IMG/VR virus record: IMGVR_UViG_3300042897_000994
Span: 64,001 to 128,000 of that record
Direction: 5' to 3' (one strand)
Length of the DNA: 64,000 bases
Origin: a virus
In this document: positions 53,745-62,783 of the stretch, one piece after another
Numbering within the stretch: position 1 is the first letter of the stretch
Layout: the number at the start of each line of letters is the position of its first letter
Translations under genes and position numbers: made by a program
The notes under the pieces: model-generated
Database searches by the model: none
What the model was told of the DNA's origin: nothing
The model's input: only the letters and a program-made list of their open reading frames with translations

Positions 53745-53786
53745 GATATTTAATAAACAAATCAAAATAAAAAAATATAAGAAAAT

Positions 53787-54158
53787 ATGTTTTACAATCC
53801 AATTAACTTAAGAGAAATGTTTGATCTTTTAGATCGCGGCCCTCTATGGAAAACTTCTTCAATTACCAAAACTAGAAATTGGGGGATAGAGGCCAGAGAA
53901 GTCGAAAACGGATTTGAAGTTGAAATGGCTCTTCCCGGATATGAAAAAGATGAAATTCATATAGATGCAGAGTCCACAGTCGTAAATGTTTACACCGAAA
54001 GGGCTAATAAATGGGGAGAAAAATTTTCACAAAGAATTGCAGTTCCTGACCATTGTGAAATTAAAAACATTTCCGCAGAATACAAAAATGGAATTTTAAC
54101 AATCTTATTTCCTGCCAAAGAAGAAAGAAACGAAAAGATTTCTATTCAAATAAAATAA
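53787..54158 (+). CDS. hsp20: Small heat shock protein (Hsp20 / alpha-crystallin)
   Basis: 'EMALPGYEKDEI', 'ISAEYKNGILTI.FP'. Confidence 0.92.
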   Translation: MFYNPINLREMFDLLDRGPLWKTSSITKTRNWGIEAREVENGFEVEMALPGYEKDEIHIDAESTVVNVYTERANKWGEKFSQRIAVPDHCEIKNISAEYKNGILTILFPAKEERNEKISIQIK

Positions 54159-54182
54159 ACAAAAAAGCATTTTCTTATATAA
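54157..54182 (+). promoter_or_regulatory. Putative middle promoter AAAC-N17-TATAA
   Basis: AAACAAAAAAGC...TATATAA. Confidence 0.5.
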
Positions 54183-54187
54183 AAACT

Positions 54188-54424
54188 ATGGAAAAACAAT
54201 TAGAAATGAACGCATCTAGAGCAATAAGCGTCTTGATTCAGGGCGTAGAAATTGCTCAGAAACAGGGTGCATACACTTTAGATGATGCAGAATTGCTGGC
54301 TAAAGCTGTTAAATTTTTCAAAAACGCGGCTAAAGTAACCTCTGCAGAATCTGAAGAAAAAGCACCAGAAACACCGTCTGAAGAATCCTCAACCCCAACT
54401 AGAACAAGAAGCAAAGCAAAATGA
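54188..54424 (+). CDS. Hypothetical protein
   Basis: 'LIQGVEIAQKQGAYTLDDA' helical hairpin plus disordered tail. Confidence 0.65.
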   Translation: MEKQLEMNASRAISVLIQGVEIAQKQGAYTLDDAELLAKAVKFFKNAAKVTSAESEEKAPETPSEESSTPTRTRSKAK

Positions 54425-54972
54425 TACAAGTAAGTAATAAAAACCCAAAAGAAATGACTGCTCAAGAAATTGAAGCAGAAATCAAAGAACTTTCCGATAT
54501 CTCTGGAAAGATTTTAATTGAAAATAGAGATAGAACATACCCTATCAATGTAGCAGATTCTAAGGGATTGAATACAATGATTAAGCATGTCGAAAAAGCT
54601 AAATGGTCTCACACCGAAGCAGCGGCTCTTATAGCTCTAGTAATGGATCTTAGAGATCAAAAAGCTAAACTAGATGAGAATGGAAACATTCATTTGAGAA
54701 CCGCTAATATTTCCAGTTTATATCAAACTATGCTGAAATATACAGGTCAAGGTTTCTATGAGGCTAAAGAACATATTCAAATTTTAGCTACTGTAGGCGA
54801 AAGCATTTCAAATGCAATGGAAATTGTTGCTAAAGATAATAATACTCTTAGAGAAATTCACACTCGTCTAAGCGTATTAGATGATGAAATGCAGTTACAT
54901 ACTGCAGCACCTCAATCAGAAATTTCACAAGAAACTCAAATTGAAGCTGAAGCTGAAGTAGTTAGTGAGTAA
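54421..54972 (+). CDS. Hypothetical helical protein
   Basis: ATGA-coupled; followed by a terminator. Confidence 0.65.
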   Translation: MIQVSNKNPKEMTAQEIEAEIKELSDISGKILIENRDRTYPINVADSKGLNTMIKHVEKAKWSHTEAAALIALVMDLRDQKAKLDENGNIHLRTANISSLYQTMLKYTGQGFYEAKEHIQILATVGESISNAMEIVAKDNNTLREIHTRLSVLDDEMQLHTAAPQSEISQETQIEAEAEVVSE

Positions 54973-54988
54973 TTTGATTTTCCATACT

Positions 54989-55015
54989 AAAGCGGGCTTT
55001 GGCCCGCTTTTTTTT
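54989..55015 (+). terminator. Rho-independent terminator
   Basis: AAAGCGGGC-TTTG-GCCCGCTTT-TTTTT. Confidence 0.92.
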
Positions 55016-55050
55016 GCTCTCGGAAAGATAAATAAAAAAACAAATCGGGT

Positions 55051-55662
55051 GTGGATATATCATCTTCAGTAACTGAAATACTTATAGCTTTTATTTCTGG
55101 TATTTTTGGTCCAATTGCGATCATGTATGCTAAAAAGAGATTTGAAAGCAAAAAACAAGATTTATTAACAGAGGCCTTTGAGTTTGGTGCTGTAGTAGAT
55201 CAAGAAGTTGACGATTTACTTTTTGGTTTAGATCTTGATAGAGTTTGGATTGCTCAATTTCACAATGGAGGACACTTTTATCCTACTGGAAAAAGCATCC
55301 AAAAATTTAGTATTTTTTATGAAACTGTGCATGACGGTATTCAAAAGATTACTCCACAGTTTCAAAACATTCCATGTTCTCTCTTTGCTAAAAGCTTTTC
55401 AGAAATAATAGCGAATGATGAACTTTTAGTTCAAAATTTTAATGTTGACGAGAGAACCTACGGATTAAAAAACGTAGCAGATACAACAGGATGCAAATCT
55501 ATTGTTATGGTTCCTCTAAAAACACATAACGGTAAAATTTTCGGTTGTCTCGGTGTTGAAAGAGTGAGAAGAATCGGATTTGAAGATGAAGATTTAACTA
55601 CAGTTAGAGAATCAGCTGCTTTTCTATCTGGATTGCTATTTCAACATTTAAAAAATTCTTAA
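55051..55662 (+). CDS. Single-TM + GAF-domain protein, candidate T4 gpT-type holin
   Basis: N-terminal TM; 'DRVWIAQFHNGG', 'KSIVMVPL...GKIFGCLGVE'; late motif GATAAATA at 55027. Confidence 0.6.
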   Translation: MDISSSVTEILIAFISGIFGPIAIMYAKKRFESKKQDLLTEAFEFGAVVDQEVDDLLFGLDLDRVWIAQFHNGGHFYPTGKSIQKFSIFYETVHDGIQKITPQFQNIPCSLFAKSFSEIIANDELLVQNFNVDERTYGLKNVADTTGCKSIVMVPLKTHNGKIFGCLGVERVRRIGFEDEDLTTVRESAAFLSGLLFQHLKNS

Positions 55663-55689
55663 AAATGGAAGGCGACAGTCATAAACGGA

Positions 55690-55884
55690 ATGAACAAGAA
55701 AGTAGCAACCCTGTGTCTTATATTAGCCACCTTTTTCAACCCTTTGGGCTTCGATGCCCTATTCGCGTTGACAACGAAGTGGACAGGGTCCTATTGGGTT
55801 ACGGACTTAATTTTTTACCTTCTTTCGGGATTATTTTTTGGCTTATATTTCTTATTTTCTAAACTAAACAAAAAAGAAAGATAA
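55690..55884 (+). CDS. Small two-TM membrane protein
   Basis: Two hydrophobic helices with basic ends. Confidence 0.6.
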   Translation: MNKKVATLCLILATFFNPLGFDALFALTTKWTGSYWVTDLIFYLLSGLFFGLYFLFSKLNKKER

Positions 55885-55893
55885 AATAGGTAT

Positions 55894-56136
55894 ATGGGTT
55901 TCAATAAAAGATATATCTCAAGAGAATCTCTTAAAATTGTTTATAAAGAAAAAGGAGCAGAAGGAATTGAATGTTATTTAACTAAACCTGATGCCCTAAT
56001 TATTGACAGCGACTGCAAGATCAATCTATGTTCAATAGCCGAAACTATTGAAAGTATTAAAGATTGGATATCGGAAGAACAAGAACAAGAACAACAATTA
56101 GAAAAAAATATTAATGTCGTAAATCATGGCGGTTAA
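55894..56136 (+). CDS. Hypothetical protein
   Basis: MGFNKRYI...KPDALI; in operon. Confidence 0.6.
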   Translation: MGFNKRYISRESLKIVYKEKGAEGIECYLTKPDALIIDSDCKINLCSIAETIESIKDWISEEQEQEQQLEKNINVVNHGG

Positions 56137-56854
56137 AAGAGATAAAAACGCAAACGCACAAAGAGATTATACTATCGATTTAGATAATGTTAGACTAACC
56201 CCAAAACAACAAGAACTCTACGAAAATATATGTAGCAATGAAGTAATATTTGCAACAGGCCCAGCCGGAACAAGCAAGACTTTTACTGCAATGTACAGTG
56301 CTCTTCGTCTATTGAGCAAAGGAGCCATTCGAAAAATTATTTTAACGAAACCTATTCAAGAATCTGGAGAAAAATTAGGATATTTACCAGGTACTGTAGA
56401 TGAGAAAATTGCTCCTTATTTAGAAAGTTTTATACTTACTCTAAAAAAAATTATCCCAGAAGCAGCAGTAAATGAATTGTTCGCTTTTGGTATTATCGAA
56501 TTTAGACCTCTTGCCTTTATGAGAGGAGCAACCTTCGATCATTCTCTAATGATTTTAGATGAAGCCCAAAACACTATCGAAAGCCAGCTAATCTTGTATC
56601 TTACTCGTTTAGGAAATAAGAGTAAAATTCTAGTAATGGGTGATACTAATCAGATTGATATTAGAGAAAAAGATTCTGCATTCGAAAACTTCATCGGAAT
56701 GATTTCTGACGTAAAAGGAGTTACTCATCACAAATTTGATAGAGAAGATATCGTAAGAAATAAAATGATTGTAGAGATTACTGATCGATATGATGTTTGG
56801 AAATCTCAGCAACCTAAGGGCAGTAGTGGTTCTTCCGGAAATAGAGGCAGATGA
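56126..56854 (+). CDS. phoH: PhoH-like ATPase
   Basis: 'GPAGTSKT', 'GEKLGYLPG', 'FMRGATF', 'LDEAQN', 'TRLG', 'GD..Q.D', 'DIVR'. Confidence 0.95.
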   Translation: MAVKRDKNANAQRDYTIDLDNVRLTPKQQELYENICSNEVIFATGPAGTSKTFTAMYSALRLLSKGAIRKIILTKPIQESGEKLGYLPGTVDEKIAPYLESFILTLKKIIPEAAVNELFAFGIIEFRPLAFMRGATFDHSLMILDEAQNTIESQLILYLTRLGNKSKILVMGDTNQIDIREKDSAFENFIGMISDVKGVTHHKFDREDIVRNKMIVEITDRYDVWKSQQPKGSSGSSGNRGR

Positions 56855-57507
56855 AAATAGCCACAATCACTCCTACTCGAGGTGATAGAAAAGATTTTTT
56901 AGCCCAGTGTAGACGAATGATTCATCGTCAAACACTTCCTCCTGACGAAGTTATATTTGTAAACTTTCAGAGTAGAGACGATGAGAAAGATATAACTCTT
57001 CGTTACAGAAGAGGAATTGCAGAAGCTATAAAAAGAGGCTGTGACATTGCTCTATTTATTGAAGATGATGATTGGTATCATCACGAGTACATTGAGTGGA
57101 TGGTAAGGATGTGGGAATCTAGAGGACGTCCTGATCTTTTTGGCATAGAAGAGACTTATTACTATCATCTAAAACTACAAAATCTTTGGCATTCTAATCA
57201 CGCAGATCGTTCTTCTGCTTTTTCTACTTTGGTTAATCTCAAATTTACTGGGATGACTTGGCCCGCAGATAATGATCCTTTCACTGATTTGTGGATTTGG
57301 AGAGAATGGAAATGCAGAAAAGCCACTATTAAATTTGATAGAGAGAAGATTTATACAATTGGTGTAAAACACGGAATCGGGTTGACTGGTGGGTCTGGGC
57401 ATCGAAATAATCTCAAATGGACAATGCAGAAAGCTCAGTTCTGGTTCAACGGAAAAATAAACCAAATAGATGTCCAGTTCTATAATAGAATGAGAAATCT
57501 TATATAG
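56851..57507 (+). CDS. GT-A (GT2-like) glycosyltransferase
   Basis: 'ITPTRGDR', 'FIEDDDWY'. Confidence 0.75.
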   Translation: MKIATITPTRGDRKDFLAQCRRMIHRQTLPPDEVIFVNFQSRDDEKDITLRYRRGIAEAIKRGCDIALFIEDDDWYHHEYIEWMVRMWESRGRPDLFGIEETYYYHLKLQNLWHSNHADRSSAFSTLVNLKFTGMTWPADNDPFTDLWIWREWKCRKATIKFDREKIYTIGVKHGIGLTGGSGHRNNLKWTMQKAQFWFNGKINQIDVQFYNRMRNLI

Positions 57508-57508
57508 A

Positions 57509-58177
57509 GTGCATCCAGATATTTTAGTCACAGTAGTTAATCACAATCACAATGAAAATGCTCTTAAATTGCTTACGCAATTTTCAAGAGATTTTAAAAC
57601 AATCGTAATCGATTCTGGATCCGAAGTAAAGGATAACCGATTTATCTTATTAGACAATGTTTATTATTCAGGTCTCTTTAATAAAGCATGTGAGCTTTTA
57701 AAAGAAACTGATAAAAAATGGCTTCTTTTTATCGCATCTGATGTAAGAATAGACGAAGATAATTACTGGAAGCTAACACGTAGGCTCTGTGACCATCGAT
57801 CATTTAGTGATATAGGTCTATATACTCCTAGTGTAGAAGGTCGCTCGCACCTTTTCTTAAAACAACAAACCGGAAGCCATAAATATCGAGATGTAAATTT
57901 CGTAGAAGGTTTTATGTTTTTAACAAGAAGATCCATACTTTCAAAAATGCACCCAGTTGATGTAAGATTGAATAAAATCGGATGGGGCTTAGATGTAATG
58001 AAAGGATTCTTTTGTAGAGAACTAGGTCTTCGATCGGTGGTAGACGACTTGGTAAGTGTTTATCATCCACCCGAAGCTGGATATTCATATGAAGAAGCCG
58101 TTGAAAATTGCAAAAGATGGGCCAAAGTTCAAAGCCCAGAGTTTAGAAAATTCTTAAAAATAAATACAGGACTATGA
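57509..58177 (+). CDS. GT-A (GT2-like) glycosyltransferase
   Basis: 'VVNHN', 'VIDSGS', 'YYSGLFN', 'FIASDV', 'GWGLD', 'VYH'. Confidence 0.7.
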   Translation: MHPDILVTVVNHNHNENALKLLTQFSRDFKTIVIDSGSEVKDNRFILLDNVYYSGLFNKACELLKETDKKWLLFIASDVRIDEDNYWKLTRRLCDHRSFSDIGLYTPSVEGRSHLFLKQQTGSHKYRDVNFVEGFMFLTRRSILSKMHPVDVRLNKIGWGLDVMKGFFCRELGLRSVVDDLVSVYHPPEAGYSYEEAVENCKRWAKVQSPEFRKFLKINTGL

Positions 58178-59145
58178 AAGCACTAATTACCGGAATTAAC
58201 GGACAAGACGGATCATACTTATCAGAATTTCTTTTGGAAAAAGGTTATGAAGTGTATGGGATATTAAAAAGAAATTCAGTATCAGAAAATCAAACTTATC
58301 GACTAAATGGGGTATACTCCGAGTTAAAACTTTTTTACGGTGACATGACTGACCTTTCATCTCTAATCAGAGTGATAGAAGAAGTTAGACCAGACGAAAT
58401 TTATAATTTAGCAGCACAGTCTCATGTTAGAATTAGTTTTGATCAACCTATTTACACTGCAAATACTACAGGAATTGGAACCCTGAATTTATTAGAATCT
58501 GTAAAACTGATTAAGCCGAACACAAAAATTTATCAAGCTTCATCTTCTGAGATGTTCGGAAACTCTATTGATACTGACGGCTTTCAGAGAGAAAATACTC
58601 CACTAGTGCCAGTTTCTCCCTATGGTTGTGCAAAAGTTTATGCATATAATATCTCTAGAAATTATAGAAATTCTTATGGGATGTTTGTATCTAATGGAAT
58701 TCTTTTCAATCACGAATCTCCCAGAAGAGGAACAAATTTCGTTACAAACAAAGTAGTTAAAGAAGCCGTAAAGATAAAGCTATTCATGTCAGATTCTCTA
58801 CGTCTTGGAAATTTAGAAGCTACTCGAGATTGGGGTCATGCTAAAGATTACGTAAAAGCGATGTGGATGATTCTACAACAAGAAAGACCTGATGATTTTG
58901 TTTGTTCAACTGGAATATCTCATTCAGTTAAAGATTTGTGTGAATATGTTTTTTCCTCTTTAGATTTGAATTATAGAGACTATTTAAAAATAGATGAAAA
59001 ATATTTTAGACCTGAAGAGTTACGTGATTTAAAAGGCGATTCTTCAAAACTTAGAAATCTTACCGGATGGGAACCTGAATATACATTTGAATCAATGTTA
59101 GACGAGATGATTGAATATTGGCTACAATACTACAAGAATAAATAA
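58174..59145 (+). CDS. gmd: GDP-mannose 4,6-dehydratase
   Basis: 'ALITGINGQDGSYL', 'YNLAAQSHV', 'QASSSE', 'SPYG.AK', 'NHESPRRG..FVT', 'RDWGHAKDYV'. Confidence 0.97.
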   Translation: MKALITGINGQDGSYLSEFLLEKGYEVYGILKRNSVSENQTYRLNGVYSELKLFYGDMTDLSSLIRVIEEVRPDEIYNLAAQSHVRISFDQPIYTANTTGIGTLNLLESVKLIKPNTKIYQASSSEMFGNSIDTDGFQRENTPLVPVSPYGCAKVYAYNISRNYRNSYGMFVSNGILFNHESPRRGTNFVTNKVVKEAVKIKLFMSDSLRLGNLEATRDWGHAKDYVKAMWMILQQERPDDFVCSTGISHSVKDLCEYVFSSLDLNYRDYLKIDEKYFRPEELRDLKGDSSKLRNLTGWEPEYTFESMLDEMIEYWLQYYKNK

Positions 59146-59148
59146 TTT

Positions 59149-60045
59149 ATGAAAATAATTACAGGAGGAAGCGGACTGATAGGATCTGAATTTTCAGAGG
59201 GAATGAAATTAAAAAGTTCTGACTACGATCTAAGAAACAGATCAGAAGTAATTAGAATGATAGGAGACTTTGCTCCTACTACTATTATACACACTGCTGC
59301 AAAGGTAGGTGGTGTCTGGGCTAATATGAATTATAAAGCCAATTTTTTCTATGATAATATTACGATGAACTCGAATATTATTCATGAAGCAGCAATGAGA
59401 AAGGTTGAAAAACTGATAGTGTTTCTTTCGACTTGTGTTTTCCCAGATTCTGTAGAATATCCTCTAGATGAAACCAAGATTCATTTAGGTCCTCCGCACT
59501 CATCGAATGATGCTTATGCTTATGCCAAAAGAATGGCAGATGTTCAAGTGAGAGCGTACAATCAACAATATGGAACCAAATATTTTTGTGTAATTCCTAC
59601 TAATGTATATGGTCCACAAGATAATTACAATCTCGAAAACAGTCATGTATTGCCAGCTCTTATTCATAAATGTTATTTAGCAAAAAAGAATAATACTGAC
59701 TGGGAAATTTGGGGAGACGGTACACCCTTACGAGAATTTATTTTTTCTAGAGATGTAGCTGAAATTTGTGATCTTTTATTAGAAAAATATGAAGATGATT
59801 CTCCCGTAATTCTTTCTACTTCTTCTGAAATTTCAATCAGAGAAGTCGCAGAGATGATTGGAAAAATTATGAACTTTAAGGGAAAAATAAAGTGGCTTTC
59901 TGATAAACCTAATGGGCAATTTAGAAAACCTTCCGATAATTCCAAGCTATTATCGATCATAAATTATAAGTTTACTCCGCTTGATGAAGGCTTGTCAGAA
60001 ACAATAGAATATTTCATACAAAATTATGAGAAGGTGAGGAAATAA
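59149..60045 (+). CDS. fcl: GDP-L-fucose synthase
   Basis: 'TGGSGLIG', 'AAKVGG', 'STCVFP', 'YAYAKR', 'PTNVYGP.DNY', 'SHVLPALI', 'GDGTPLREF'. Confidence 0.95.
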   Translation: MKIITGGSGLIGSEFSEGMKLKSSDYDLRNRSEVIRMIGDFAPTTIIHTAAKVGGVWANMNYKANFFYDNITMNSNIIHEAAMRKVEKLIVFLSTCVFPDSVEYPLDETKIHLGPPHSSNDAYAYAKRMADVQVRAYNQQYGTKYFCVIPTNVYGPQDNYNLENSHVLPALIHKCYLAKKNNTDWEIWGDGTPLREFIFSRDVAEICDLLLEKYEDDSPVILSTSSEISIREVAEMIGKIMNFKGKIKWLSDKPNGQFRKPSDNSKLLSIINYKFTPLDEGLSETIEYFIQNYEKVRK

Positions 60046-60851
60046 TGACAATACATAGAAGACAAATATTAGTTCAGAAACAAGAAACCAAAAAGATAGT
60101 TTTGCCGCACAGCAAGCTAGGAGGAAAGATATTTGTCTATACTATTTGTTGGAATGAAGAAAAGCTTCTTCCTTTCTTTATTGAACATTACTCAGAATTT
60201 GCAGATAAGATCATTATTTATGATAATGAATCTACAGATTCTTCTGCTCAAATTATGAGCAAATATCCTAAAGTTCAGCGCAGAGAATATTCAAGTAATA
60301 ATCAGATCAGAGATGATCTTTACTTAAAGATCAAAAATAATGCATGGAAAGAAGTCAGAGGCACTGCAGACTGGGTAATTGTTTGTGATATGGACGAATT
60401 TTTTTATCATCAAAATATCCAAAACTTTTTGAACACTACAAAGAGCAGAGGCTTTACCATTATTAAGCCGCAGGGTTATAATATGGCTTCTTTTGAATTC
60501 CCCCAGTACGGAAACCCTTTAGTAGAAACTGTTAAAACAGGTCTGCCTTTTGATCCAGAATCAAAGATGTGTGTTTTCAACCCGGGTGTGATTAAAGAAA
60601 TGAATTATACCGCAGGATGTCACTACGCAAAGCCACAAGGAAATATAAAGATTCTAGAAGACAAAGAAGCTAAACTACTACATTACAAATTTCTGGGAAG
60701 GGATAACTTCTTAAATAGAAACATTCAATATAGAGGAAGACTGAGCGAAGCAAATAAGAGAAGAGGATGGGGAGCTCACTATTTACAGTCAATGGCTGAT
60801 CATGAAAGTACTTTTGATGGAACTCTGGCTCAATCTACTCAAGTAATATGA
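60045..60851 (+). CDS. GT2-like glycosyltransferase
   Basis: 'WNEEKLLPFF..HY', 'YDNESTD', 'WVIVCDMDEF', 'GCH', 'LLHYK'. Confidence 0.85.
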   Translation: MTIHRRQILVQKQETKKIVLPHSKLGGKIFVYTICWNEEKLLPFFIEHYSEFADKIIIYDNESTDSSAQIMSKYPKVQRREYSSNNQIRDDLYLKIKNNAWKEVRGTADWVIVCDMDEFFYHQNIQNFLNTTKSRGFTIIKPQGYNMASFEFPQYGNPLVETVKTGLPFDPESKMCVFNPGVIKEMNYTAGCHYAKPQGNIKILEDKEAKLLHYKFLGRDNFLNRNIQYRGRLSEANKRRGWGAHYLQSMADHESTFDGTLAQSTQVI

Positions 60852-61669
60852 AATCTCAAAGAATTTCAAAAATAGAAAAAAAACCTACATTTTCTCTCCC
60901 TAGAGATTTTAATTATGAGTCGTATCATCTGCTGAATCCAGACGTTTCTACAGGCGGCTATGTAGGAAAGGAGGGAGCCATACAACACTGGCTTGCATAC
61001 GGACAGTACGAAGGTAGAAAATATAAATTTGTTCAGCCACAGAGAAGAGGGAAGATTAGTGTAATTATGCCTTCTTATTTAGGAGAATATTCTACAGAAT
61101 TAACTACATCAGCCAAGAACAGAGAAACAAAATTTGAAAGAGCAGTAAATTCTTTTCTTTATCAAACCTATAGAAATTCTGAATTGATAATTATCTCAGA
61201 TGGGTGTCATAGAACTTCTGACATACTTAAGAGAAGATTTTTACGGTATCTGGGAAATCAAATTATTCTTATTTCTTTAGAAAAGCAACCCCTATTCAGT
61301 GGAGAAGTTAGAAATGCAGGATTAAGAGTAGCCACCGGCAATCTTGTCTGCTATTTAGATACTGATGACATGTTTGGAGCTAAACATTTAGATTCTCTTT
61401 CTAAGGGATTTGATTATGATTCTGATTGGTGTTTTTTTGATGACTATTTATATGACGGAAAACAAAAGACTCTTAGAAATTCTACACTAGAATACTCGAG
61501 AATCGGAACAAGTAATTTTACACACAAAAGATCAGTATCTGTAAATTGGGCCGACGGTTATGGACATGACTATGAAACAATTATGTCTCTTATCCAATTA
61601 CGACATCGAAAAATTCAAACTCCTGAATATTTTGTCTGTCATCAGACATCAATCGGTTTAGATTTTTGA
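60848..61669 (+). CDS. GT2 glycosyltransferase with N-terminal 'Y..LNPDV...HW...G..EGR' module
   Basis: 'ISVIMPSY', 'ELIIISDG', 'RNAG', 'YLDTDD'. Confidence 0.85.
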   Translation: MKSQRISKIEKKPTFSLPRDFNYESYHLLNPDVSTGGYVGKEGAIQHWLAYGQYEGRKYKFVQPQRRGKISVIMPSYLGEYSTELTTSAKNRETKFERAVNSFLYQTYRNSELIIISDGCHRTSDILKRRFLRYLGNQIILISLEKQPLFSGEVRNAGLRVATGNLVCYLDTDDMFGAKHLDSLSKGFDYDSDWCFFDDYLYDGKQKTLRNSTLEYSRIGTSNFTHKRSVSVNWADGYGHDYETIMSLIQLRHRKIQTPEYFVCHQTSIGLDF

Positions 61670-61691
61670 TAAATAAATAATAAATAATAAA

Positions 61692-62783
61692 ATGAGGTAT
61701 AGTAGACAAGTTAAAGGCCAAATCCCCCAGGATTTTGACTATAGAGACTATCTAGAGCTGAATCCAGATGTTGCAGCGGGGGGTTTTCATGGAATAGAAG
61801 GAGCAATGAGGCACTGGATTAATCATGGAATGCATGAAGGCAGACAATATAAGAAACAACAACACACCAGAAAAAATATAACCGTGCAAAAAAATTTACT
61901 TAAGCCCAAGCTGATAAGTTATTATGCAGATTTTCAGCCAGGTGACTATTACAAGAATTTTGCTATCACTCTTATCGATAGATGTAATCAGTTTGGAATT
62001 GATTTTGATATCGTAGAAAAAATTTCAAAGGGAGGTTACAGTGCAAACTGTTTAATGAAGCCTGAATTTATTCTTGAAAAAATGATAGAATACAAGAGGG
62101 ATATTCTATGGATGGACTGTGACACAGACTTTAGAGAACCTTTTGCAGAATTTAATTATCTTTCTCAAGATATTGGATTAGCTACTCACAGTGGAGATAT
62201 GAATGGAATTAAGGCATCTCCGGTTCTCTTAAACTATACAGAAGGCGCATTCAGAATTGTTAGAGAGTGGGTAGTTCATACAAACTCTGCACTGAGAAAG
62301 GGAATTACCGAACTTGATCACGATGCCCTAAAACACTATGTTCTTGAAAAGTTGAAAGGGCAATATAGTACATTTCTTCTTTCTCAAAACTGGTATGATT
62401 TTGTAAATGGCCGCTACATCTATAATGGAAATAGTGCAATCTTTGAGAAAAAACAAGTTCACATAGAAGTTCAAGCAATGACAAATGAACAGAGATGGAA
62501 CATATCGAGTGATGTAAAAACTTTCATATTAGATGTAAAGATAGAAGGAATGGACGGTGTAGAAATTGCTTATAATTCATTGATGAATTTTTCAAATCAT
62601 TCCAGAATAAAAATCTATCTACCAGAGTCTAGTAAAGATATTTTAGGACCTTTTGTAGGAAAAATAAAGGCAGAATCCGGTGGAGAAGTATATTATGGTC
62701 TCGCTAATGCAGGTCATAATGAAATAAAAATAGAAGTTAAAAATACTTTAGAAAAAGATTGGGACAAGCATTATGGAAATTAA
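61692..62783 (+). CDS. Nucleotide-diphospho-sugar transferase with the same N-terminal module
   Basis: 'YLELNPDV...HWINHGMHEGR'; 'KPEFILE...ILWMDCD'; GATAAATA at 61668. Confidence 0.75.
   Translation: MRYSRQVKGQIPQDFDYRDYLELNPDVAAGGFHGIEGAMRHWINHGMHEGRQYKKQQHTRKNITVQKNLLKPKLISYYADFQPGDYYKNFAITLIDRCNQFGIDFDIVEKISKGGYSANCLMKPEFILEKMIEYKRDILWMDCDTDFREPFAEFNYLSQDIGLATHSGDMNGIKASPVLLNYTEGAFRIVREWVVHTNSALRKGITELDHDALKHYVLEKLKGQYSTFLLSQNWYDFVNGRYIYNGNSAIFEKKQVHIEVQAMTNEQRWNISSDVKTFILDVKIEGMDGVEIAYNSLMNFSNHSRIKIYLPESSKDILGPFVGKIKAESGGEVYYGLANAGHNEIKIEVKNTLEKDWDKHYGN

Noticed and set aside
55665-55862. 65-aa ORF overlapping 55690..55884
   Set aside because: The other frame gives a coherent two-TM protein ending just before the next gene; dual coding is not excluded but is unsupported.
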